A stretch of DNA of 64,000 bases from the NCBI RefSeq assembly GCF_036588685.1, contig NC_086376.1:7254001-7318000 (forward strand). Reading direction: 5' to 3'. Below the pieces are notes generated by a model, which was not told where the DNA came from, did no database searches, and saw only the letters and a list, made by a program, of their open reading frames with translations. This DNA comes from Mytilus trossulus (taxonomy: Eukaryota). Positions 37,161 to 49,556 of the stretch are shown here, in pieces (positions within the stretch are counted from its first letter, which is position 1; every line of letters begins with the position of its first letter). The position numbers were made by a program, and so were the translations under genes.

Positions 37161-38671
37161 ACGAGTTCAGCAAAGAATTCTTAAAGGTAAAAGCCACATT
37201 TACCTGTTCACTAGACATCTTATAGGTAACGTTTTTACATAGATTTTCAAAATGTTCTTGTAACTTGTAACAGAGTGCAATATTTCCATCTTGCGTTTTT
37301 ATGAATGTAATTCTCAATTAGATAACCTGTTTGTTAAAATATTGCCTTTTCAAATAAAGAAAATAGGGAGTTTTCAAAGCTTCAGAGCGAGGGACGTCGA
37401 AATTGTCTTGTAAGATTACATAATTCTGTTGTCAACCATTCAGTAAATATACCTTTACCTTTAAATGTCAAAAATTTATAAAATAATTCTTTGAATCCTT
37501 AGCAAGACCCTAGTGGCAATTAAATGTTAAACCTCAGACACTCGCACCGAGTTAAGGGAAAATAATTGTGTACTTCACTTAATCAAAGCAATAATAGACT
37601 TCATTATTGAAATCACATGATATTTAGCTTCAATCAACTAATCATAGCATGTGACTGATATTTTCAAATTTTAGTCATTAAAATATAATACTCCTATTTT
37701 CTCTAATGTGTTTATAGGTAGAAAGGTATACTATAACTTTATTTTTTCGAATGTTTTTGTCTGATGGGTTAAACAGTCTGACATTAAAATTGCGTTGCCA
37801 AATTGATAACAACTTTCAGGGGTTGTTTATTTATGAGTATCGCACGACAAGAAAGACTAACAAGTACAGTATTAGCGTCCGGTTAAAACAACAAAATGTA
37901 ATTATCCTGTTCATAAATAAATCTATGGATAAATAGTCATGTGCATGTCCCAAGTCAGCAGTCTGTAATTCAGTGTTTGTCGTTTATTTATGTGTTACAT
38001 ATTTGCTTTTCGTTCATTTTTTTTTTTAATAAATAAGGTCGTTAGTTTTCTCGTTTGAATTGTTTTACATTGTCTTATCGGGGCCTTTTATAGCTGACTA
38101 TGTGGTATGGGTTTTGCTCATTGTTGAAGGCCGTACGGTGACCTATAGTTGTTAATGTATGTGTCCTATTGGTTTTTGTGTGCAATCATACCACATCACC
38201 TTTTTTATATGTGTTGGTTACAATAAGAAATAACATAAATTTTGACTGAAGGATTCTTATCACAAATAAGCACTAAGCGCAACTGGTGCAGCATGTAAGC
38301 GTTTCGTCTTTACTAAAGGCAGGAATACACATAACGTTTGTGAACATGGTATACTTGCAATACTTTTGCAGGGCGTTGTATTCATTCATTTGATCATCAT
38401 GGTATACGGTACAATGTAATATGTTTTAGATTATATCAGAATACTCATTTCTAAAACCCTCTTGTCCATCTCCCCACATTATATCAAATGTTAATCTCAT
38501 AAGGAACAAAACAACAATGTTTTTTTTTTATTCATTTAGAGTTTAATTTGTTGAAGGATAATTTCAAGTGTAGATTTTTTATCCAGATATCCATCCACAA
38601 TTCCTTCATGATACCATCGTGCATCTATTAATCATAAATGTCCTCTTTATTTGTAGTTCCGACATGACAAT

Positions 38672-38856
38672 ATGGCATCTGCGTACCAAGAACAGTGTTG
38701 TAGTATATGTGAACTTCAGCATCTTACCAATGAAGCAGACGAATGATGGCCTGAGTGTGACGAGTATCTATGCTCAAATTGTTAAACTCATCATAAACTA
38801 ACAAAAGCCAGTAGGAGACACAAATCCGTTGAAATATTAAATTTGAAAGAATTGCA
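38672..38856 (+). pseudogene. TRIM-like A pseudogene, 5' stub
   Basis: MASAYQEQCCSICELQHLTNEADE followed by TGA, with further stops. Upstream 38300-38670 is homologous to 44015-44386. Confidence 0.85.
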
Positions 38857-39249
38857 ATCTAATTAAAATATTGATCTCTGGTTACGTTATATATAGAATA
38901 ATCATACATTGTCTCGAATTCTAATATGACGTCCTTATTACGCTTTGTAAACAAAGCCGTGTTCTAATGAGCATAACAAATATGTTTGACACATGCGCAC
39001 GAACTTACTGTGTATTTAACGTTATTTCCATCGTTATCCTTTAAAATGTATACATTTAAGCAGCAGGAATAAACTTTTATTATATTCTTTATAAAACAAC
39101 ATAATATTTACCCTACTTGCAGTTTTTAAACTTATTAGATATGAAATGTAATGCACAGACTCCTCGGGGGAAACTAACGCTCAGTGTAAAATATCGACAA
39201 ATATAATACCTACCCATGTTAAAATGAGCATAGAGCATGACACGAAGGA

Positions 39250-39372
39250 ATTATTTCTTAAATATCAATGTTATTTGTACGAGGCTTAGAAACAGGTAAA
39301 AGCGAGGCTGTGTCGAGCATTTTTACCTGTTTCGAGCCGAGTACAAAATAACCGATTGATATTTCGAGACAA
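39250..39372. repeat. Imperfect long palindrome (Crypton-like non-autonomous core)
   Basis: AAATATCAAT..TTATTTGTAC..GGCT..GAAACAGGTAAAA / TTTTACCTGTTTCGAGCC..GTACAAAATAA..ATTGATATTT around a CGAGGC...CGAG centre. Confidence 0.5.
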
Positions 39373-39808
39373 TGTATGGTTATTCTTTATATGCTGCAAC
39401 TCTTAAAACTGTTCTAAATGAAATATTTAGGGTAAAAACATCATTTTTAAATTTGATGCGGACGACGTAAAATTTCCGCGAACCTGTATGTTTTATTGAC
39501 GTCATAAATAAAACTCTACGGAAACGCATTGTCAACGTCATAAACAAGGTGATATACGGTCAATGACTGTATCTATCTATAATACTAAAATTACGAGGTC
39601 CAATTTGTCAGCCGTCATCACGTAAAAAGGACGAATCAAAGAATTCAACTTTATATATAACTAATATAGTACAAAGGTGTAGTTTAAAAATTACACCACT
39701 CCAGGCCCTTTTGTTTTGCACGTAATTAATATTGCCAATAATTACGAAGATCCGGGTCGAGTCCGATACCGATACCAATAGTATATTCACCTGTTACCTA
39801 ATACCTTA

Positions 39809-40449
39809 GGGTGCTATAAACAGTTTCGTATAAAAATTCCCTGACTAAAAATAACCATGGAGGGAAACCCCTCTTTATTAACTCAATTGGTGCAAAAGTA
39901 TCATGTTTTTTGTGTTTGATTGTAAAAAATAGTTAATTAGCTTTCAATTAAAACAGGTTGAATGATTGAAATATTTTTAAAAATTAAATTAACTTTACAT
40001 GTTTTGAGGGGAGACAACTTTGTAAACATCCTGTTTTTTTGGCAGTGAAAATTGAAAACTTATTTGCAGCCACTGTAGCTCTTTTCGGAGCAGGAAACCG
40101 TACCCTGAAACAAGATTTTTTTGAAAGGCCAGGTAAAAACCTACAAATTTCATACAGTTTTGATTATGAAAAATGTGCATTGATCATGTCTTCATGTCTG
40201 TGCACATGACCTGGTTTCAAGTTTTTTCTGTCAAAATTAGAGCTTTTTTCCCCATGTTCATTGGATGAAATGTTTTTAATATATTAAAAGTACACATTAT
40301 TTTTATTTCATTATAAACTAGAGAACATTCTGATTCCAGTGATATCAAGTTTTATACAAGTATCTTTATTAATCAGTCCACCACTAAGGGTCACTTATGC
40401 ATGGTCCCTAAAAATGTGACGTCATAGAAAAAAACTGTTGATTGCACCC
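39809..40449. mobile_element. PIF/Harbinger MITE nested in the Helitron
   Basis: TIR GGGTGC.AT.AACAGTTT at both ends; TTA TSD at 39806-39808 and 40450-40452. Confidence 0.85.
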
Positions 40450-40509
40450 TTATACGTACCGCATCTGACAGGCGCACCACCAAACGGTGTATTCATGATC
40501 AATTTGCTA

Positions 40510-40835
40510 TATACACGGGTAATAATCACAGGGTTGACACTACTAAATTGTCAAATTGTTTTCTATTGTAGTATTTTAATCAGTAAGACTTTCTTAGATA
40601 ACAATACGAATACTTAAAATCTGGACTAAAAAAAGGCGTATAGGTACAGTTTTCAATTTGTTAGTGGGCATATACACGGGTAATAATCACAGGGTTGACA
40701 CTATACTAAATTGTCAAATTGTTTTCTATTGTAGTATTTTAATCAGTAAGACTTTCTAAGATAACAGAATACCAATACTTAAAATCTGGACTAAAAAAAG
40801 GCGTATAGGTACAGTTTTCAATTTGTTAGTGGGCA
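40510..40835. repeat. Tandem duplication of a ~160-bp unit inside the Helitron
   Basis: TATACACGGGTAATAATCACAGGG...TTGTTAGTGGGCA occurs twice, nearly identical. Confidence 0.85.
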
Positions 40836-42582
40836 TGACGTAAAACAGCGAATCAAAGAATTCAAATGTATTTATAACTAATATAGGATAATGCTATTAA
40901 TTAAAAAATACTCCATTCCAGGACCTTTTGTTTTCCAAATTATTTTTATTACCAATAACTGATAAGTTCCAGTTCGACGGGTTCAAACAGAAAGATTTGA
41001 AAGCAGAGAAAACTGTGTATCGTATAATCGGCATGACTTTATCAGATGACAATTCTTTTACTAAAATAAGGCTTGCGCATAGTTATATACTTTAATTCAG
41101 TCACGGACCCACGATATCACGGGTGTGTTCTAGTATGACATATGAATATACGGTCAATGCAATTTGACTGCTCAAATAGCACAGCTGCAGTATATACTAT
41201 TTTAATTAGATTGTTTATGCGAAATGAAGTCCTCTTGCAATTTTAAACACAAATCTTGTAAACATTACAACAACAACAAGAAAGGAAAAAAAGAAACCTT
41301 CATCACACTTAAGCTGTCCATCTTCCGTTTTGTAGTAGAGTTTTTTTTTATCTCATTTAAAATGATCATATAATGACATATTGCCCTAATTAAACGTAAA
41401 AATTTCATTTTATTTTTGTTTAAAAAATCGTCTGTGAAGCCTGGTCATTTGAGTCATTTTTTGGATACCGTATAATGTTACAATATTTTACTTTCCCTTA
41501 CGTCTCTGTTGTTTACTTACTTGTTCTATACATAAGGTTAAGATAAGTTATAACAACTGTTTACTAGCATCAACGGGGCAAGTATATAAGTCAAGGTTAC
41601 TTTTAGAAACTGAATGCCAACATCAATGGTACAAGTGTTTTAGACTAGTCAATGTTTCTTTTGTATACTAAACGCATGTCTAATGCTGATTGTTTGTAGT
41701 AAAAACACGTTTCGGAAATAACATTTATCTATGTACTTCATTATAAGAAAAACTAGAAGTGTCGAAGCAACACGAATGGCCCCGTCTGAAAAAGTTGAAA
41801 TATCTGCAATGTTAACAACACACGTGGACACAAACATGATGGTAGTCTCAAACATTAAAAATCAGTTCAAAATCTGAAGGCGTATAGAAAAAAATCTATG
41901 ACTTTCAACAATGTTCAAAGTTGTACACCCTTCATTTAGACAAAAATCAGCGGAGCAGAACTAAACTTAAACTTGATCTGTAACTCAACATGGTTAACTG
42001 ACAAACCAAAAATCAGCCTAATATCTAAAGGCGTTTAGAAAAAAGTCAGTATAATGGTTTGTTGCGGAATGGCGGACAAAGTTAAAACTATATGGACGAT
42101 TATGTCCTATTATCAACCTTGAAAGTGCGTTCTCCTATGTTCATTTCGTTATTGCATCCAATGAGATAAATCCTAATCTCTTTTTCTGTTTGACAAAGTT
42201 AACTCTTAAACGTGTATATATTGGCTTTGTTTATCACTAAAGAGACATTATTTATTCGAATGAGTATCTGGTGCGGTACAATTTGTTCCTTAAATATTAT
42301 CATTATAAAAAATTATATGGATACGCACCGAATTTCAGTTTTCAGGTTCAATGATATTTTTAATTTTTCCCTTTTTTACATTCATTCAATTGTATCTGAT
42401 TTTATGCCCTTTATGGGCCCTGTAATTTGGAAAATAAAAATATTCTACTATATTTTCTATTTATTCATTTAAAATGTTTTTTTTTTTTATTAATTAAACT
42501 TGTGTTCACCGTTAAGTACTTATATACTGACATTACATGGTGTCGGAAGCAATGTTAAAAATACAAAACACCCAAACACAGG

Positions 42583-43539
42583 TTAATTGTTTGAAATTCC
42601 CTTTTGCTTGGTATATATGTGAATATCGTACACTGAAATAGACTTTCCATCGTGTGTAGAAATAAACGCTTTTGTTCCCTTATTGTTAAATGTGATAGCC
42701 CATGGCAAAATAACACCATCATCCCTATTGAGTACGATGTCAATAGCACGTCCATTATCACCAACGCGATGTACGTTCTGTGAGCCTCGACCAATAACAC
42801 ACAAATATCCTTGATTATCTCTTGCTATGCCTTCCGGAACTTTTAAGTCCGGATTATCGTAGCGAAATATTTCCTCACCGTCCAGACCAACGTGATAGAG
42901 ACAATGGTAGTCTGTATAGTACACTGAATTATTGTCTCCGCCATGTAGAAAATAAATCAATTGTCCGGGGACTTGAACACGTGTTCTTATGCTTCCGTCC
43001 ATTGCCAGAATGTACAGTTCCCTATTTGCACCAACAACGATAAAGTTCGACACGACTGCGACACCATGACATTTGTTATGAATACTTATTTGTTCTTTGT
43101 CCGTAGTCATGTTCGATATGTTAAGAAACTGTATAGAATTTTCCAACGGAAGAGTTACAACGCCTCGATTTCCATCCGGTAAAATGGCGATATCCCATGG
43201 TTTGCAAAATAAAGTACAGTCTTGCAAAAATTTCCCACTGTCGCTATAAACAAGCAAACGGTTGCTATAGCGATTGCATAAGATTAGTCGGTTGTCATTA
43301 GTTACAGCAATAGCAGGGATTTGTACATTTTCTGAAACAGAAATGTCTATTTGAGACCTGTACAAAAACTGAGTTTTGGTTTCAACAGGTCTTGGTATCA
43401 CCTGTGCTTGTCGTCTATTTTGTGAGAAAGATCTTAGAAGACATGGTTGTTTACATATATTCAATGTTCCTATCGATTGAATTGAGTCTGGTAATCCATT
43501 CTCTGGTTTGAACTCCACACTCACGTCTTTGTACATCAT
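42583..43539 (-). CDS. 5'-truncated TRIM-like B copy encoding only the beta-propeller region (318 aa); pseudogene or propeller-only gene
   Basis: Differs from the C-terminal 318 aa of 49557..51269 at about 5 residues. Homology extends to 43629, with a frameshift near 43600, then switches to a retroelement tail. Confidence 0.6.
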   Translation of the reverse strand: MMYKDVSVEFKPENGLPDSIQSIGTLNICKQPCLLRSFSQNRRQAQVIPRPVETKTQFLYRSQIDISVSENVQIPAIAVTNDNRLILCNRYSNRLLVYSDSGKFLQDCTLFCKPWDIAILPDGNRGVVTLPLENSIQFLNISNMTTDKEQISIHNKCHGVAVVSNFIVVGANRELYILAMDGSIRTRVQVPGQLIYFLHGGDNNSVYYTDYHCLYHVGLDGEEIFRYDNPDLKVPEGIARDNQGYLCVIGRGSQNVHRVGDNGRAIDIVLNRDDGVILPWAITFNNKGTKAFISTHDGKSISVYDIHIYTKQKGISNN

Positions 43540-43629
43540 TGCTTTGCTTTGAATAAGTGTTTCATCATTTGCAAGTCGATGTGCTAAGTTATGTGCAAAA
43601 ATTTGAAAATTTGAGAATCTGACCCATGC

Positions 43630-43830
43630 AGGATCTGCTTACCCTTTCGGAGCACCTGAGATCACCTCTAGTTTTTGATGGGGTTCGTGATGTTTATTCT
43701 TTGGTTTTCTATGTTGTGTCATGTGTACTATTGTTTTTCTGTTTGTCTTTTTCATTTTTAGCCATGGCGTTGTTAGTTTGTTTTAGATTTATGAGTTTGA
43801 CTGTCCCTTTGGTATCTTTCGTCCCTCTTT
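43630..43830 (+). mobile_element. Penelope-like element tail at the truncation breakpoint
   Basis: GCAGGATCTGCTTACCCTT.CGGAGCACCTGAGATCACC...CCCTTTGGTATCTTTCGTCCCTCTTT; related to 16590-16815 and 32040-32160. Confidence 0.65.
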
Positions 43831-44386
43831 CAAAGGTCATAGTGGAAAATCATCAAAAATTGAAGCAGTACTGAAAATGCTCAAAATGGTCCAAAACATG
43901 AAATATTAATTGAACACGAATTTAACATATATCTAAATTTAAATTACAATTCATCAACAAGAGTAAGACGCAGTTTGGGAAACTTGTAAGCTGATAAGCA
44001 GGTACTGTTTTTAACCCTTTATATTAAAGGCAGGGATACACATATTACTTTGATAAACATGGTATACTTGTAATACTTGTCATGCACATTTTTCTTGGCG
44101 TAAAATTCGTTCATTAGTTAATGTACATGCAGTGAAAAGAGATTTGTTTCAGATTATACCACATTAGAAAAAACCTTGTCCGTCTCCCCAACATTCTATC
44201 AAATGGTAATCCGTTAGGAAACAAAAAAAATGTTTCAGTATTCAATTAGAGTTTCATTTTTACAAGATAATTCCAGGTAAATGCCCACATGTGGGTTTCC
44301 TCTTACCATTGTACATCCATTTATTATTATTATTATTAGTATGTTATTATAAAGGTTCTCTTTATTTTTAGTTCTGACATGACAAT

Positions 44387-46072
44387 ATGGCATCTGCGTT
44401 CCAGGAACAGTGTTGTAGTATATGTGAACTGCAGCATATTACAAACAAAGCAGACGAATGGTGCCCTGAGTGTGACGAGTATCTATGTTCGAACTGTAAA
44501 ACTCATCATAAACTAGCAAAATCCAGCAAGAGACACAAAACCGTTGAAATATCAGATTTGAAAGAATTGCCGTCGTTTGTTCTTGCGATAAAACTTGAAT
44601 GCGATACTCACCACGAAAACTACGAGTACTATTGTCTTAAACATGAGATACCTATTTGTGTCATATGTGCCAAAGAACATACAAGTTGTGGAACTTTCAC
44701 AATACTGCGCAAATTAGAAGACATGAGAACTTCATCAAGTATGATAAAGCTTGAGCAAAATGTCAAAGATATACAGCAAAATTTAGAGATGTTTTTACAA
44801 AATCGGCGGTCAAACCTTTCGAATCTTAAAGATCAGCATGAGAGTTGCAGAAAAAATGTAAAAGAAATTAGACTCAAAATCAACCAGCATCTTGACAAAC
44901 TTGAGAAGACTGTCATTGACGAAATAGATACTTCTTACACGAAACAAAAATCACAAGTTGAACTAATTGTCCACGATTTGAGCGAACGAGAAACAAAGAT
45001 GAACACAATTCAAAATCACATTGAGAAAATTAAAGACCATGCATTCGAAATCCAAACCTTTCTAAACATTCAGACCTTCCAAAAAGATGTAAAAGAGCAA
45101 GAAAACCAATTGATTGCAATAGGACAGGATGAGTTAAAAGAGATAGAACTATCATTTCTTCCAGCTTTAAGTTGTACGTCTTGCACTATTCTTGAATCGT
45201 TTGGAGAATTGAAGACGCATACCAAACAGGTTGGTGTAAGGTTTGTCAAGCAAGAAGAATCAGAAGCCCAAATTATTATGCCAGAATCAAATAAAAAAGA
45301 TATTTATCAGATTTCCCTTGCAAAGAGAGTTGACGCCACAGTTTCGACTTATTTGGGAGATGTAGATATGGGAGGCTGTTATAGTATGGATGAAGGGTTA
45401 TATCTCCTGACTGATAGAAGTACAAAGTGTCGCATTTTAGTGTTAGAATCAGATGGCTCTTTGAAGTGTGAAATCCCCTTGAAACATACACCAAGTTCTG
45501 TCGCCAATGTCAACAAGACCATATTTGTGTCAAGTTATTCTTCTCAGACATTAACAAGTATAGATTTTGACACGAAACGGATAAAAAAGATTATTGAAAT
45601 TGAACACAAATGTGATGCCTTAGCAGTTGCTGGTGATACAATTTTACTTCATTTGCGTGAATTAAAATACAAAATTTATGATTTAAATCTCAATGAAGTC
45701 GGAACAATACCGGTGAGTGTTTCACATGCCCCCTTTGTTACTTACTTTGCAGATAAAATATATTTTGCAAAATGGAAAGACAATACAGTCTATTGCTATG
45801 ACTTGACAGGATGCATGATTTGGAAATTTAAAAGTGAAGATATTCGTGAACCACATGGAATTACAGCAGACAATTATGGAAACATATTTGTTTGCGGATA
45901 CACTTCTAACAACATTATAGTTATTTCACCGAATGGCGATTGCAGCAGAACTATTTTCAATGAACCAATGACAATGACTAATCCTTACTCACTTCATTAC
46001 AACAGAGTCACAAGGCAACTGATGGTTTATTCCACAAAGCTCCATAAAGTTTTAGTATTCGATGTGTTATAA
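44387..46072 (+). CDS. RING-less TRIM-like protein A2, 561 aa
   Basis: Collinear paralogue of 28169..29854 with the same length, B-boxes, coiled coil and propeller (PHGITADNYGNIFV). Acceptor TTTTAG ends at 44371. Confidence 0.88.
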   Translation: MASAFQEQCCSICELQHITNKADEWCPECDEYLCSNCKTHHKLAKSSKRHKTVEISDLKELPSFVLAIKLECDTHHENYEYYCLKHEIPICVICAKEHTSCGTFTILRKLEDMRTSSSMIKLEQNVKDIQQNLEMFLQNRRSNLSNLKDQHESCRKNVKEIRLKINQHLDKLEKTVIDEIDTSYTKQKSQVELIVHDLSERETKMNTIQNHIEKIKDHAFEIQTFLNIQTFQKDVKEQENQLIAIGQDELKEIELSFLPALSCTSCTILESFGELKTHTKQVGVRFVKQEESEAQIIMPESNKKDIYQISLAKRVDATVSTYLGDVDMGGCYSMDEGLYLLTDRSTKCRILVLESDGSLKCEIPLKHTPSSVANVNKTIFVSSYSSQTLTSIDFDTKRIKKIIEIEHKCDALAVAGDTILLHLRELKYKIYDLNLNEVGTIPVSVSHAPFVTYFADKIYFAKWKDNTVYCYDLTGCMIWKFKSEDIREPHGITADNYGNIFVCGYTSNNIIVISPNGDCSRTIFNEPMTMTNPYSLHYNRVTRQLMVYSTKLHKVLVFDVL

Positions 46073-46879
46073 ACTAGAGCTTGTAGTACAACAATAATTA
46101 CTTTCATGATACATGTATCTTTATGTACAATTAACACTATATATCAGAATTATATAGTAGTAGGTGCATGTCAATTAAAAACAAATGTTTGTCTTTGTCT
46201 TATACTTTTCTTTATACTATAATTGATATCAAGGTTAAACGAGTCTTAATTAACCAAAAGATGGAATGATCTTGGTTTTTAAAGAAGTTTTAGAATATAA
46301 TGTACAATCGATATTTAAAATAATAAAAGAAGATAAGGGATATGTGGAAGAGATAACAAGTCAACGATACACAGACGAAAATATTACAGACTTAACATAC
46401 GATCTTCAACAATAAACAAGTATCTGTATAAACAATTTTGAAACGACACTGAAGGATTCTTGTAGCGTGCTTTGCTCGAGTGCAGCAAGTCTAATGTTCA
46501 AGCCTCTTTAGAGTCCAACCTTAGATTTGAAATGATTATTTAAATATACACGAAAGAACATTTAAAATGTTACAAATGTTTTCTTTTATCTAAAATTGAG
46601 AATGGAAATGGGGAATGTGTCAAAGAGACAACAACCCGACCAAATAAAAAAAAACAACAGCAGAAGGTCACCAACATGTCTAACTAGCTAGAACAATTTA
46701 AAATCTTTAAATAATTGATATTGACATTTATAATATTAATAATTTATTTTAGAAAAAACAGTCTTTGTAAAATGAATAGACAGCTATTAACACAATTAAG
46801 GTAACGTTTAGCATGGTTTATGTGTTATTTTTAAAAGCTTTGATTACGAGGACTCTTATTCAATATATCATTAAATTGA

Positions 46880-47385
46880 AAGGTAAAGATACCAGGCTTA
46901 TATTTTGTAAGCTAGTTGCACATTTCGTCTACACAACAGTGGCTTATCCAGAATTTTTCATAAATGGGGGCCCACTGACTGACCTAAGAGGGGGCCCGCT
47001 CCAGTCACGCTTAAGTGATTCCCTATATAAGCAACCAAAATTTTTCCCAAAAAGGGAGGGCAGGCCTCCTGCTCCCCCTAAATCTGCCTCTGCACAAGAC
47101 TTATCAGTAGAGCTCGAATTAAACTATATGATAGGTAGACAATGTGAAGTTAAAAATCTTTAAATACCGAAAATTCCGAAAAGATGGTAGACATACGGCG
47201 ACGGTTTATTTACCTGGGGTATAAAACTTAACAGTAATTCTGTTTTTATATACAGTACTTTATAGAAAATGAAACTATTGGTGTCGATATTTCATTCAAC
47301 ACAATAGTGATGACTACTGGTATCAGGCTGTTGATACCCCGAAAATGGAACGTCAAACAGAGGTGGCATTGACCCAATGTTTTTA
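46880..47385 (-). repeat. Degenerate retrozyme copy interrupted by a MITE
   Basis: TTTCGTCTACACAA[insert]CACAAGACTTATCAGT is the reverse hammerhead core split in stem II. Confidence 0.6.
46937..47092. mobile_element. 156-bp MITE with CAG termini and a 5-bp TSD
   Basis: Imperfect TIRs CAGTGGCTTATCCAG / CAGAGGCAGATTTAG; CACAA duplicated at 46932-46936 and 47093-47097. Confidence 0.75.
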
Positions 47386-48034
47386 AAAACAGTTAATTAA
47401 AATGTTTTCTACAGAATCAAAGTTTAAACTATGAAAATTATAAGATGTTGTATGATTTCAAATGAAACATCTATCTACCGGGGATTACGATACATGATGG
47501 TAACAATTTGACTGCAGCTAATAACACTGCCTTTAACAATGAACATAACCTGTATGGTATAGTGATCTATGAAAAGTCCCGGCATGATGAAATGTGATAC
47601 AATTTAAACGAGGAAGCCAAATGATAACTTGTGACATACAACGAAAAACAAACAAACTACACGATTAAAGCCTAAAGGATAATACTTGCTACATATAATA
47701 ATGTGTTGTTGAGTAATGAAAATCACCCTACTGGGTCTGTGGCATGACATAAGAACAAACATTTTGCCAGAAATTGCCAAATATAAAAAGGTGATGTCAA
47801 AGGATACAACATGATATTGTAGTCAAGAAAATGTCCTATTATGTTTTTTATTATCTTTTTAACAACTTTCAAAACTCATGTTAAAACAAACACCTTCACC
47901 ACAATAATCATTAGACAATGTCAAAGAAAAAATCTTTCCTGGACAAGTTTGAATTAAAACGATGGACAGTGAAAAGAAAACCTAATAAAACATAAATCTG
48001 TTATTATTTGAATATGTCAATCATTACCGAATAA

Positions 48035-48818
48035 TACGGAAGCGTATAAGGGACATAGAAAAAATAAAATTGGCAGTGAACTTTTTTTAAGAGTCGAAAT
48101 TTTAACTTTTCTTATCTTGAAAGTTTGACTTTTTAAAATCTCGAAATTTTGACTTTGTTATAATTCGAAGTTTTGATTTTATAAAAAGTTGAAATTGACT
48201 TTAAACTCAAAATTTAGCCTTTTTTCAAACTCGAAATTTCGATTTTTAAACTCAACATTTCCACAGTAAATGGTGGAAACTATAACATGGAATATGGGAA
48301 AACATTTTTTTTTCTGTCCAACATGCATGTTCTTTCCGAATGAAACTCTTCAATATTAAATGCTAATCCATATCTTACTTTAAGAACAAAACCAATTTCT
48401 GAATATAAATTGCCAAAATGCGTGGATGACGCTTTAATAATTTGCGTCCATATACCCCTTCTAAAATTGTTATAACTGAGTTTGAATACTAACATCAAAA
48501 GTCAAATTTTTAACTTCAAAATAAATATTTCGGGATTTTAAGAGATGAAATTCTGAGTTCAAAGTCGAAATTTCTAGTTTAAAAAAAGTCGTAATTTCGA
48601 GTTTCAAAAAAGTCAAAATCTCGAGTTTAAAGTGGAAATTCCGAGTTTCTTTAAAGTTAAAATTTCGACTTTTCAAAAAGTCGAAATTTCAAGATTTTCG
48701 GAAGTCAAAATTTTAAGTTTAAGTCAAAATTTTGGGATTTGAAAAGTCAAAATTTCGACTTTGAAAAAAAAGTTCACTGCCAATTTCATTTTTTCTATGT
48801 CCCTAATACGCTTCCGTA
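48035..48818. mobile_element. Foldback-like TIR element with internal ~22-bp tandem repeats
   Basis: ~60-bp TIR TACGGAAGCGTA..AGGGACATAGAAAAAAT.AAATTGGCAGTGAAC. Arrays of AAAGTCGAAATTTCGA-like units are in opposite orientation on the two arms. Confidence 0.8.
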
Positions 48819-48994
48819 GAAAACAAATATAAAAGGTTTTCTTATACAGATACAGGTTAAAAAATATATGAATAACATAATTTGACGACAAAAAATATCA
48901 GCTGTTAAAATAACTCTCTGCTAAGTATCTTGTGATCTAATGACTTGGGTTACAGTTCATTTTGTGATACTTTCTGTTCCTTGACAAACTTAGA

Positions 48995-49200
48995 GAATTT
49001 TTGAAATACTAAGGCTTTTCTACCTCAGGCATAGATTACCTTAGCTGAATTTGGTAAAAATTTTAGGAATTTTGGTCCTCAATGCTCTTCAACTTAGTAC
49101 TTTATTTGGCCTTTTTAAAAAAAAAAATGTTGATTCGATCGTCACTGATGAGTCTGCGTAGGAACAAAATTTAGTCCTGGTATCTATGATGAGTTTATTT
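48995..49200 (+). repeat. Retrozyme copy (subfamily B) with a deleted hammerhead core
   Basis: GTCACTGATGAGTCT joined directly to GCGTA; the GAAA and cleavage segment are missing. Confidence 0.65.
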
Positions 49201-49556
49201 ACAGAAAATATCAAGGAGCACAATTAAAGAAAATAAGTATCAATTCCAATCTCAATAAACATGATCAGGTTGAGTCATTAATTCACAAAAAATGAAACTC
49301 AACACGTAATAATTTACAGAGTTTTCCGAACAACCACTAATTTCTTTCATAATATATTAATATCGTGTATGACTTTGTTGCTGAAAAATAATCTTCTGTT
49401 CCAGTGTTTTCATTTTAAAAGAAATAAACGTTTGAATTTTTTGTTGAAGAACTTTTGAAATTTTGCCTTTTATTACATTCTAACATTTAATAGGACATTT
49501 AAAAAAGGTCTCGAAAGCAATGTTGGAAATACTATATATAAACACGCAAAATTAGT

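Larger units (their letters stand above)
39572..41133 (+). mobile_element. Non-autonomous Helitron
   Basis: Begins TC after an A (39571). Ends in hairpin ACCCACGATATCACGGGT followed by CTAG (41130-41133) before a T. No TSD. Confidence 0.75.
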
